Assembly (NCBI GenBank): GCA_973851085.1
Contig: OZ316775.1
Location: 1,860,001-1,924,000 of the forward strand
Length of the DNA: 64,000 bases
Reading direction: 5' to 3'
Source: Ptychomitrium polyphyllum
Taxonomy: Eukaryota
The position numbers and the translations under genes are program-made. The notes beneath the pieces are model-generated. The model ran no database searches and was not told where the DNA came from. It saw nothing but the letters and a program-made list of their open reading frames with translations. Positions 1 to 11,800 of this stretch are shown piece after piece; position 1 is the stretch's first letter, and each line of letters opens with the position of its first letter.

Positions 1-378
1 GCAAGGCTGAAAACCCCGACAAGTAATACTTAGTTTGGAAGAATCCGGAAAATTGATGCAGAGGATTGAACAGTTTCATTCTGTCGAAATATTTGAACCT
101 GTATTGTACATAGTGTTAATAGACCATAGTATATATAGCAAGCGTGGAATCCTTTTACCTATAACACATCTAGTATGAACCATTACTTTCTTTGACATGG
201 TAACTCAGAAAGCTAGGCGATTAATTTGCAGTAATTTCTACGAAACTTCTGTCTGACCGGCGGCATTCTCTGTGGCCATAGCAATCTCCGGTTCCTAATT
301 GTATTGATGCAGGTGGCTAGAACTTGCAACCTTTGGAAGCACCTCTATTTTCACTAAAGTTGAAAACACGAGAAATAA

Positions 379-3139
379 CTAAGCAGAAAATACCAAAAAG
401 GTGAGTATCAGCAGTAGCACGATTAAAAATACTATCATGAGTACTTGGCATTTCCAGCCTGCCTTTTTCATTACCGTCGCAAGCTTTTTCTGCACATCAC
501 ACATCATGAATTCACCATGTCAGCAAAATTCCTCCAGTACTCGCATGATGGACTCAAATCTCGTACAATACTGTACATAGCAAAAGTATTGCAACAGAAA
601 GTCTTGAAAGAGTACGCCTAAAATCCAGAAGAATACATATGCTATACCTGGACTAAGTCAAGCCGAGTGGCCGTGCCATCCATATCATTGCTTAACTTAT
701 CCATGAAGCCCCCCTGTGAGACAATCCAGATAAAGGTGAAACGAGGAATACGCATTTGACGACGTATCTCACGCTACTTTAAAGAAATCTGAATTCTAGC
801 AAATGACCTGCAAGGATCCTGGTTCTAGGATGTATAGGGAGTTAAAGAACCATCGAGCTGAATGAAACAAGAATTGGTGTCCGAGCCCTACCAGATGAGA
901 AGGATATACCTGTAAGGACAACTCTTCGTGTATAACAAGCCCAACATGACCAACATGACCCAGACTTGCACTTAATTCGTCTAGATCGTCATCCTGTTCT
1001 CTGTAAAACACAAGAAAATGCAACAAAAAAAGCTGAAGGCTTTAAGAAGAGTCCCTTCGCAAAAATCTTCAAAAAACATGGCCATTGAGCAATTTGCATT
1101 GGAAAGTACAATGTGCACAAGTTCAAAGCAGATGGTTGACAATAATACAGACATAAAACTTGACTGCGTTGATCAGCACAACTTTCACCATCGATCATGA
1201 CTGACGAGCTTACCGTAAGAGAAGTTCTTGTCGATCAGATTCATTGAAAATATAGCTGTCATGGTCCGTACGAACAGGAGTCTGCTGTAATGGATCGTCC
1301 AATCTCATCAATTCCCGGCGATTAGTTGGACCAGCACCAGTTCCGGTGTTCCTCGCAGGTATGCTTTGCACCTCCCCACTTATCGAATGAACCTGCAGCA
1401 CATGAAGAAGGCAGTATAAATGACCAAATAACCATGGCTTGCATGAAGTAGACAGGTCCATCAGAAAGGACGTAGAAGTTTTGCTTGCTTGAAGGCCTGT
1501 ATGATGTCACACGACAAAAATTAACCAGAATCCAACTATAAAATCCAAGCGTGTTACAACATATTTGAGTACAAACAAGGTTGAATACTTGACTAAGATA
1601 GCTCTCAGACAAATTGATTTTGACCACGAACCTGATTTCGTGTAGAAAAAGTCCACTTTTTGCGTCGACCAATTTCAGCAGCATCTACACTGAAGCGAGC
1701 TGGGTCCTTTTCTGCAACTCCAGTTGCCTTATCCAATTCATCAACCTACACAGACCACCATTCACCTTCATGTCCCCTCCGTTGTAGACGTTGACCCGCT
1801 TAGCAAAAAGTCCCACAAAATGTACACAGAGAATTGATGACCGTGACTGATTACATGAACTCGACATGTGCCTGAGAGTATCATGTAAAACACGGAAGTC
1901 CCCTTCGAAGAAAAGCTTCGACAAATCAATCAACCTGAAAATGTTTAGCTGCTAAAATCGTCGACAAATCCAGGTGAATGTGTCGGTGGGTTACTGAACA
2001 TCAGACATATCAGCGATATGATTGATTTTTTCATTACTACTTTTGTCGGGCATGAAGAAGACTTTTTCAGAGGTCCTTAATTGAGCACAAAACATATGCT
2101 ACCTCATCATTTGTGATGTAAAAGCTGCATATTCACCACGGACATGTCAAGCACCAACATCAGCCTCAGTAGGGGACCAAGTGGTTGCTTGTGATAAAAA
2201 TAACAATCTAAAGCAATCCCTGTAACAAGCTAAAGCAATCCCTGTAACAAGCTGAAGCAATCCCTGTTTTTGTCCATCACCAAACAGTACACACAAACAA
2301 TTGTCGCGAATAAGGACGCAAAAGAAATATGTGGTCATTCTCTACTGGTAGAGGCCTAATCTCACTACAATCCGACTCATAATCCGACTACAATCCGACT
2401 ACAATCCGACTCACTACAATCTAGATATGCTTGACATATGAGACTTTGACCGTCATGAAACCCACTCATACATGTGCTCAGAGACAAAGTCCGTTGATGC
2501 TTCTGCTCATAAACAAAACTTAGAAGACACTGTATACGAAAGCAGGGAAATAGACGAATACCACTGATGAGCTTGAAGATTTGCAGTGAGACAAATTCTA
2601 GGTCTAATTCAAAAAAATGATCGAATGCATGCCTGCCATAAAATGATCTCGCAAGCGGACAGAATATCCTTGCTCAGCACGCTCCGCTCCGTTGACGAAA
2701 CTGGTAACTTCTTCCATTGAGCTAATGTTTTGTGCAACTTCGTGACCTACACGCCAATACCCTGAAATTATAATTTACCTCGTTTCCAAACGTCAGCACT
2801 TGCCATAACAGAGATACACCCAACCTCCACAAAGAATAAAAACTCTCATAGCACCACCCTAACCAAAACCTAAAAATTCGCCCCGACGAAAATGAACCAC
2901 ACAACACCAGATTAACTTCACTGGAACACTAGGTTGCGCGTGCATCGCCACTACTCAAGAGGAAAATCCTTGATATTCCAATTGGGCAGAAAGACTTGCT
3001 AATTTTTAACTAACTCCAACCACCAAGAAAGACATACATCAATCGCTCCTGGTACGAATCTCTCGCACGAACCCCAAATAGTACTTACAGAGTCCTGAAT
3101 CTCTTCTTTGACGAGGTAGAACGGATCCGACGCCGACAT
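379..3139 (-). CDS. SYP61: Syntaxin-61-like Qc-SNARE (syntaxin-6 N-terminal domain, t-SNARE, C-terminal TM anchor), 7 exons
   Basis: Exons 3139-3089, 2746-2633, 1745-1632, 1392-1214, 1000-910, 713-648 and 489-379 splice in phase. They read MSASDPFYLVKEEIQDS|VTKLHKTLAQW...ACEIILWQ|VDELDKATGVAEKDPARFSVDAAEIGRRKKWTFSTRNQ|...REQDDDLDELSASLGHVGHVGLVIHEELSLQ|GGFMDKLSNDMDGTATRLDLVQ|KKLATVMKKAGWKCQVLMIVFLIVLLLILTFLVFSA*, matching plant SYP61 motifs. Intron 2 requires a GC donor. Confidence 0.95.
2208..2267. repeat. 22-bp tandem repeat, ~2.7 copies, in SYP61 intron 2
   Basis: Unit CTAAAGCAATCCCTGTAACAAG at 2208-2229 and 2230-2251, with a partial third copy at 2252-2267. Confidence 0.9.
2361..2421. 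repeat. ~11-bp tandem repeat (ACAATCCGACT-like, 4 copies) in SYP61 intron 2
   Basis: ctcactacaatccgactcataatccgactacaatccgactacaatccgactcactacaatc. Confidence 0.9.
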
Positions 3140-3999
3140 GGTGAAGCCCGGCCGGCGTGCGAGCAAGCCCAATTGATTGTGGCAGATTATTCAAGTGATC
3201 AGCTCGATCAGTTCCTTCGAGCCTTCCGGACGAAAGAGGAAACTGCGATTGCAGAAGCGCAAGGGTAGGTGTGACAGAGTAGTTGAGCCTTGAGGGGCCT
3301 TTGTGCGCGATCCACCTTCTATCGCAGCAGCCTTTCTGTACGCCAAAGTTGATCGCCCGGATTACAAGCTCATGAGCTCCGCAGACCAGAAGTCCCCTGG
3401 TCGTCTTCTCAACAAACAACAGAGGCGGCCTTCCTAGTCCCCTGTGCCTCTCTTCAGATGGGACCCATTCCCACCAGGGTCCCCTTTCCACTCAAGCTCC
3501 CAACAATGGAGATTTATACTTCTGACCCCGAAAGACGAGTTGCAGCCTGCAGTGTTCAAACTACGGAGAGCTGAAATTTTGTGTAAGTCAGACCGCAACC
3601 TGCTGTAACACTTCCAAGCACCGATTCACAGACACATAACTGCAACTCGAGGTGCGCACTTCTTGTGTGGTGATCGTCACTATCAAAGACGTTTACCCTA
3701 CATGTTGTGGTGCATACAATGCATACGATAATTGGCAAACTTCACGGGGCGCCCTGAGAACAGTCCCAGAGGGAAAATGGGCCCTTCGCGCTGTGTTCAT
3801 GGGACAATCCCTTGCGAGGGTGAAAACTACACTAAAAACAAGAAAAGTCTCACACTGGGAATGTCTCCAGGGTGCCTGTGCTTTTGGGGTTTTGAAAATG
3901 GTTTTTCTTCGTTTCATTCACAACTACGCTGAGATCATGGCATCCTGCATCATCCGTTCAAAAGGAGAGTGAAAACAGTGAAAACAGTGACAAGGTCCT

Positions 4000-4458
4000 G
4001 TGGTCCCTGAGTCAATGGCTGAAATGCTGGCACTTTTTGGCAGGCCTCCATTACTATCAAGCACTACTTCAACATTTCCTTTCGACTCAAACAACTGTAT
4101 AACTACAAGTTGTTGTTTATTGCATTTTCCAGCTAAAGTTGGTGTCAATGCCAGAGCAGACAGAAGCGTTTTTGAAAACATACCTCTTACTACGTGAAGT
4201 CCTGTATCTGACTAACTTTAGTCACCGGTACAAGTAGCGGCTGGTAACCCAAAATCGTACATCAACTAACCGGACGTCGTCTACTTCCACTGCAAGTGCG
4301 CCAAGACGGTCGACCTTAATTTGTAGAAGAAAGCTTTAATTTCTCATGTGTGGGAGGTTCATCGCTGTGGTCCCAGCCACAGAGCAGGAATTTATTCAAT
4401 GCGTGTGATATTTTTTGTTCACTAAATCTCTCAAGGATTTCATGTGTACAGTGGTCCC
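4000..4458. promoter_or_regulatory. Three exact GTGGTCCC motifs (TCP-type GTGGNCCC sites) upstream of SYP61
   Basis: Exact copies at 4000-4007, 4367-4374 and 4451-4458. Function is inferred from the TCP consensus only. Confidence 0.45.
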
Positions 4459-5809
4459 AAGCCAGCCAAAATGATGCGTGTAATGGTTGTTAAGGCCGAT
4501 TGCGAATGTCAAGCTGCTAAATTAATGGAGCACAATGAATGAAGGGAGTTTAGTTTTAAGATGATCTCACGGGTGGATCGACCTCCAAAAGAAATTGACA
4601 AGAACCCCATATGAAGACTGGCTCTAATTTAGACACCCAGTGTCGAGAACGAAGGTCTTCCAGAATCAGTATCGAGCATAAAAAGGTCATGCAATACTTT
4701 GGCCTAACTTGGCGTCCGCATCACCCAGGTTACAGGCACTACTCAAGTAATTCGTAATAGGTACATATATAGAATGAAACATGCACAATTCTCATAGATC
4801 CGTTTAGTTCAGATACAGCCTTGTACTACTGAACGAGGTCTGTATGTTCCTGCTTTCTTCAAAATTCATCACTCAAAATCGAACATTGGTACATAGTCTA
4901 CATTGCCTTGTAGCTACCGCGCAGCTTAGCTTAGACCTTGTTATATTGAATAATCTCATGAAGCAAGTTGCGATCCAAGTTCCTCCATGAAAACCTGCTT
5001 ACTATGTTTCTAAAAGCTCTTTCTTAACTAGCTTGGGTCCATCATTTCTTTAATACCTGAGCAAAGTCTTGAAAAGATGCCTGAGCATTCTCTCCAAAGA
5101 AATTCTAAGAAAATAGCCCGACTGAGCCTCCGAATTTTGCTTTCACTCGACACGATCAAGAATGAGACATGAACTCATGTCGAAGTCTAAATTAACAAGG
5201 ACACCAAAGCACTCAGTCTGCAAGAACAAATAGTCTTACCCTGCTACTGAACAGTCTAGGAACAGGATAGGGGACGATGTAGCCTTCATGAACTCAACTC
5301 GAGAACATTTACTGTGAGAGAGACCACGAGTTTTTATCAGTCAATGCTGACACTCAAAATTAGACAGCAATCTCAAATCAAGAAACTTGGAGCCAAACTC
5401 GAGTAACCCGAATGATAAGCAATAATTATTGTGAGTCAAGATATGATGAAGAAGGGTTCGCTGTATACCTTGTCCTCATTGCTCGTTACGTTTGTAGCAG
5501 CCAAAATGTTCATTAATCCGCAAGAAGCTGCACGTATATGCAAATTAGAAATCAACCACATGCCTAATATATTGTACGGAAGCTGAAGATAATTTCCCAT
5601 CCAAAACTAACTTTCGACTTCATAGCTGATCAAACTGACGAACACAGAGTACAACTTATTCAGCAGGTGGCGTATAAAAAAGTGAAGTTCACTCGTACCT
5701 TCAAGATGAATTTATGACATGAGAGCTACAGAAATGCGGCAGTTGCTGGTTCATAATGTAATCAACCCAGTCTATGGATTTAGCCATAGGAAACCATATC
5801 CTCAGGCAG

Positions 5810-8800
5810 TCACCGATCACTTGTGAAATTCCGATTTGATTCTTTGCTGCTTGAAAAATCATCGACCATATTTTTTACTGCTCTAATAAGAGGGCGTAGA
5901 CATGTATAACTATTTTTACTATTTGTCTGCTTCATAGGAGAAACCAGCCCTGCTGGAAGTGCATGAGAAGTCTCAGGTGTACTGATACTTAGCCTCTTTG
6001 CTGAAGGAGCTTGACTATCTAAAAGGGAGAGCCTTGACTTCTTTCGCTTCTTGGACTTCCTCGAAGAAGCCTGGCTAATTGGCGTCATCTGCTCAGTTGA
6101 CAGTGTTGGGGAACTACTAAAAGCAAGCTGCCTTGGACTTCCACCCATCTCCATAGCACCAAAAACTGATTCTGCAGTTTTATCACCTCCGCAATAGCAG
6201 GTCAATCCTGCCCATTGCAAAATTACCTGATGCGTGATATTGGTCTTCTCAGACTTGTTCAAAACATTATGTGAAATTGCTAGAGCGGAGGATGCACATC
6301 CAGTGATCAGATCGTGCAGAACTTCCACGGAGGGATTAGAAATGTCTACCTTGCATGAGAGGTCAAGAAACTCCCGGACTACAGACTCTAACTGATGAAA
6401 GCAGTCCGGCTTAAAGCGTACAGCTTGACGCAAGCATTTCGCCCTAGAAGCAGGAGAGACAGACGTTGAGTCCTCAACAGGAAGTGCAGCATGGACTGGA
6501 GCACCTTGTTGCTGATTTGGTTCTGGTGTGGTTAAGTCTATGAAAGACGAAAGAAGTTTAACTTTTTCACCTGGCAAATCCCTATCAAAGTTTGTCTCAC
6601 CAGCGGGCGACTCCTGTTGAGATCTGCTCCCGTTTCTATCAGGAGTCTTGCACTTCGTCCCTGCCAGTAGTACAGCAGGATTAACCGTGCTATTTTCACC
6701 AGGGAAACATTCAAGTGCTCCTCTTGTTATACCATTAGCCATAGGCTGGATACCACGAACATTTGGGGACACCGGCACATCTTCTGTAAAGCCATCCTTC
6801 TTGAAAGCAACCTCTGTCAAGCCGTTAACCTCTAACCTCAGGGCGTCTCCATTGTCATTTAAAACACAGTTGCTTTTAGAACCATGTTGAAGCATAAAAC
6901 CATTCTGAACTTGTTCACTGCAAACTTCACCAGCCTCTGATAATGACACCTCAATAGACCTGAAAAAATGTTCTCCATTGCCAGTTTCAGCGTAAGAGGC
7001 CTCAGCGTAAGTGGCCTCATCTCCTTGTTTTCGATCAGATTCCTGCTGTTCCTCTTCTATGTACTCATCGTCGAGGATACTCTTTTGAATGGGCAGGTTG
7101 TGCATATCAGCAGCTATCTCCAACCTGCCAAAGTATTAATTCTGTTAGCCACCCTCATTCACTTATCAATATAAAAATCAACAGGGTGCCAAAAGAAATA
7201 TCTTCAAGGAAGTACTTCCGAAATAACAAGTCAGCGATGCAAACACACAAATACAAAAGAAACAATTTTATGCAATATGAAAAAATGAAGGATGGCAAAA
7301 AACTTACTTGCGCACTTCTAACACCCAAGAGGCCATAAGATCCACTAGAGTAGCTGCTTGTGTAGTTAAATGAAAATATTGCAGGCTGTCTTTCCCAGTA
7401 TCTATCTTCTGCTGGATCCTTTCATAAAGAGTTTCTATCACCCGTCGAAACTCGTATTCAATCTCACGCCCAGTTCGATAAACTCCTCTACATGCCTTGA
7501 AACCCACAGCTGTAAGGCCTCGTACATACTCCGGTTCAGGCACCTCATCTTTACGCCGCCCACTACTTGTTTGGTACTCAAGAGTTTCCCAATTGAAAGT
7601 CCCAGCATCTTTACAATCATTAATATCAACCACTGGTACAGACTTCAGCATTGTTGTGGCATTTCGAAGTCCTGCCAATTGAGGATCGCGGAGAAAACGG
7701 TAGCCACAAAAGGCGATTGCACTTTGAAGGGCTTTCCGTTGCATCGTCCAACTTGCTGAAGACTCCTCAGCAAGAGCCTGTATAGAACCCCCTTCCCCAC
7801 CAGTATCAAACAGCCCCGAAGTAGGCTGCCCCTCGAAGTGCTCCATGTCTCGTGATAGCTGATGATTTTGAGTATCTTTCATCGGATCGGCAGTTGCACA
7901 CACATCTGCATATGTGCAATAAAAAAATTCAACGGATACCAACAACCATAGATACAACTCCGCTCCCCTCGAGTACACAATCTTGCAACTTCAGATNNNN
8001 NNNNNNNNNNNNNNNNNNNNNNNNNNNNNNNNNNNNNNNNNNNNNNNNNNNNNNNNNNNNNNNNNNNNNNNNNNNNNNNNNNNNNNNNNNNNNNNNCATC
8101 TCCTGTTGCTCGGTCCTTGATGTCAACACTGCACTCTCTGTTGACTTCCTCAACAAGACCACTTTCCAAATTTCGAAACTCTAGCCCCAGGTCCAGGCCC
8201 AAACCCCTACCCACATCTATCCCAAACACCTTCGCTACATCATTCGCATAAGATGATCCTCTCAGATTTCTTGCCCAATCCTGACCTATGTTCCTCAAAT
8301 CTCTTCCTAGATCTTCCCGCACAAGTGTCCGTATTTGAGTGACCTTCTCTGCAATAATTTGCTGCACGGATATTGGTAATTTTACCCCAGCAGCGGTACT
8401 TAGCTTAGGCTTTTCTGCAGAACACCCTGCCGTGTATTCTTCCCTTAGCCTGGCTATCCTACTACCAAATCCAGCGGCCAAAGCTCTTGCAATATCTTGA
8501 GATGCCCTCTCGAGCAGACCTTTTGGATCATGACATGAGGTGAATTCCACAAGTGTACAAGGAGACACTTTAGATAGATATAAAGAAGACTTTCTCGATG
8601 CCGTTTCCGGCAGAGAAAAATAGCTGACGACTTCACGAGGAAGGGCTTCAACGCCAGACTCACAAGTTGCCTGCTTGGAAAACATCAGAACAAAAATTGA
8701 ACCTTAAAATTTCACCTGAATGCAATAAAAACAAAAGTTATCATAAAACAATCTTAATAAGCTTGTGATAACCAAAACTTATAGAGCGTCTCGAGTGAGA

Positions 8801-11800
8801 ACCCACCAGGAGCATAAGCTGCGTATCAGGAGGCACAGTCTGTAGTTGCTGTTTCATCAATTTCCACGCCACAGACACGATCAAGGCTGTTTCACCTTCG
8901 CTCTTGAGACCGGTCTCAGGCCTGCCTTCACGAAGATGGACTTCAGTTTCAGCGTTTGATATCCCAAAGTCCTCGAGATGCTTCGCATTGCCACTCTTAC
9001 TAACATCACCAGCATGGCTTTTACCCACAACCCAGTCTTCTATCTTGGGCATATAAAGCAGACAAGGGCAACTGCGTATCGCCTCTCCTGTCACAGATTT
9101 AGGTATTAAAAAATCAGCGCAAAAACAGCACACATAGCAGCAACACCTACCATTAAGGACAAAAATAAGTTGATTATAATACAAAATTAGGAAAGAGCAA
9201 TTCTATCATACTCTATAAAATACTATAGCATGTTGTAGCAACGTGTATAAGACAAACTATAATGGACTCGCTATTCAACCTTCTGTGAAAACGAAAAATT
9301 CATGATAGTGCCAAAAAAGAGCTAAATTTTTAAAACAATCTACATATTTACAGCACAAACCTATAATGTAAATTAGACCCTGTTCAACATCTCCACCCCC
9401 TTCCATCAGCATTGCTGGAAGACTCAGAGTTCTAGTCTGAGCCAGCCCTTCGAAGCCATCAATAAGGGCACCCGCAACAAACTTTTGGCCCTGCTGCGCA
9501 CCTCCAAGTAACAAAACGCGGAACTTGCAACCTGCCCATTTCTGTTCAGGCACGAAATCCGTTTCGTCTAGGTTATCATCATTCAAAATCTGTCGCATAC
9601 AAGTCGGAATCCGAACACCATCGCCACTAGGCTCTTTCGAATTCTTATAGGCCACACGACTCCTGTCAGTACCAGTTCCATCATTTCCAAACTGGAAGGT
9701 TGATGTAGGTTGGGGAAAGCAGCGTGCTCCATAAGTGTCAACCATAATGCCAGTATCTAGAAACGCATCCTCCAAGGCCTTGGCTAATGAAGGAGTCTCC
9801 TTATAGCAATAAAGTACCATGCTGTGCCAACGTTCAGGCAAATTAACACCTTCGTTGGAAAGGCCCTTATCCGTGTTGAGTAAATTACTTGCCGCTTTCA
9901 ACGCAAGCTGCACCAAGGAGAACGCTTTTGCTAGTAACGGCGGCAGCGATACTCGAGCGTCAAGCCCAAGTTTAACAAGCACTTCAACCAATATTGGAAG
10001 AAGTGTAGGAGCTAAGTGTCTAGGGAGAGGAGCAGCCGGAACTTGGGTCAAGGAAGTTGAAGCAAGCCTTCGAGAGCAAGGTAAAGGGGCTCGTGCTACT
10101 GCTTTAGCCCAATCCTTGGCTTTCACCTGCATAATCAAATTTGATGAGTCAGCATCTACCCACTATACACTGGCAAATACAAACTAACCCATACTTCACA
10201 ACAATGACATATTGAATCCTTTAATAATAGCTTGGCTAAAACTAAGACATACCTGAATAGAAGGAAGAGAGTGCAATTTGGTCTCCAAGGGTCCTTTAAG
10301 AGCAGCAGAATCTAAAATGCGTTTAAGAGGAACTACTCTTCGTAGAGCAGTCATCGCTGCCTCCACACACAGAGCTTGCAAGTCCGCACCGGCAAAACCA
10401 GGTGTTGCCTTGGCGACAGTTCCAAGAATTTCTGGTGAGGGCGCAGGAGACCACGTACGAGTGTGGAGGCGAAGAATAGAAGCCCTGTCCTTGGTCGAAG
10501 GAAGGGGAAAGTATATCTCACGGTCAAACCTTCCAGGACGACGCAGAGCAGGGTCAAGAGAATCTGGACGATTAGTAGCGCCTATAACAACTACAGAACC
10601 CCTAGAGCTTAAACCATCCATCAGCGCTAACAGCGTAGAAACAACTGAACTCTGCGTTTGATCCCGGTCGCCACACCTGCTAGGAGCAAGTCCATCAATT
10701 TCATCAAAAAAAATGATTGCTGGTTGGCATTGTTCTGCAACTTGAAAGAGGAGACGAAGCTGTCGCTCTGAATCACCAACGTATTTTCCCAGTATATCTG
10801 CGCCTTTTCGAGCAAAATAAGCAACTTGTTGACCTCCTCTGGAACATGCACCTGCCAGAGCCCTCACAACCAATGTCTTCCCAGTCCCCGGATGTCCATG
10901 TAAGAGCACACCTCGGGGTGCTGAGATCCCCAGCCTGTCAAACAATTGATAAATAGCTGGTGAGAAGCCTGCAACCACCAGAAGCCCCAGAATCTTTACA
11001 AATATAGAGTGAAATGTCTTAAAAACTAGATCCTACACTAGCACACATAGGGTATGAAAATTCGTAAACAGATGAGTCACTGAAAGGAGAACTGAAGCTA
11101 TCAAAGAACTGCATGGTGCCAAATGCAAGTTCAGAAAATTTGTCAGATATGTGATCTTTCCTATCGTAAAGTGAAACAATCTTCACCAGACATCAAACAT
11201 AAAAAGAAAATAAACATCAACCTATCCTGTTTAATACACTCACATTTGCATCAGGAAAAAGACGAGCCTTTCATAAGCAATGCTAATCAATAAAGGGCAA
11301 TAAAGGGCAGTGGTGCTTAATTTAAAACACAAAATGATTATTATTACAAACTTACGATTGCCCAGTGCTTAAGAAGGTAGTTCATACAAATGCATGAAAA
11401 TTGCAGAAATATTTTTTAGATAACGACCTTGTAAAAGCTTCCGGATAGAGCAGAGGCAGTGTGACCATTTCCTTAAGACACTGCACCACATTTTGTAATC
11501 CAGCAACGCTATCCCATCCTTCAGAAGCAACACCTTGCTTACTAGCAAGTGTCCCTCCTCCCAATTTAACCGGGGCTATCTGAGCGAGATCCCTGTGCAA
11601 ACGCTTGCGTTCTCGCCTCACAAATTCTTCGTCTTCTCCAGATTTATCTAGATACTTCTCTTCTGCCTCAATATCCTTCAATCGTGCAGCTGCTGCAGCG
11701 GCTCGCCTCTGTGCTTTCGAGATCCTGGGTGGATTGGAATTTTCTGAATGAGTTCCTGCCTGTTGAGCAGAGACAGATTTCGAGAACCAGTACCTCTTCT

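Noticed and set aside
2208..2421. CRISPR-like array
   Set aside because: The repeats are directly tandem with no unique spacers and lie in a eukaryotic intron.
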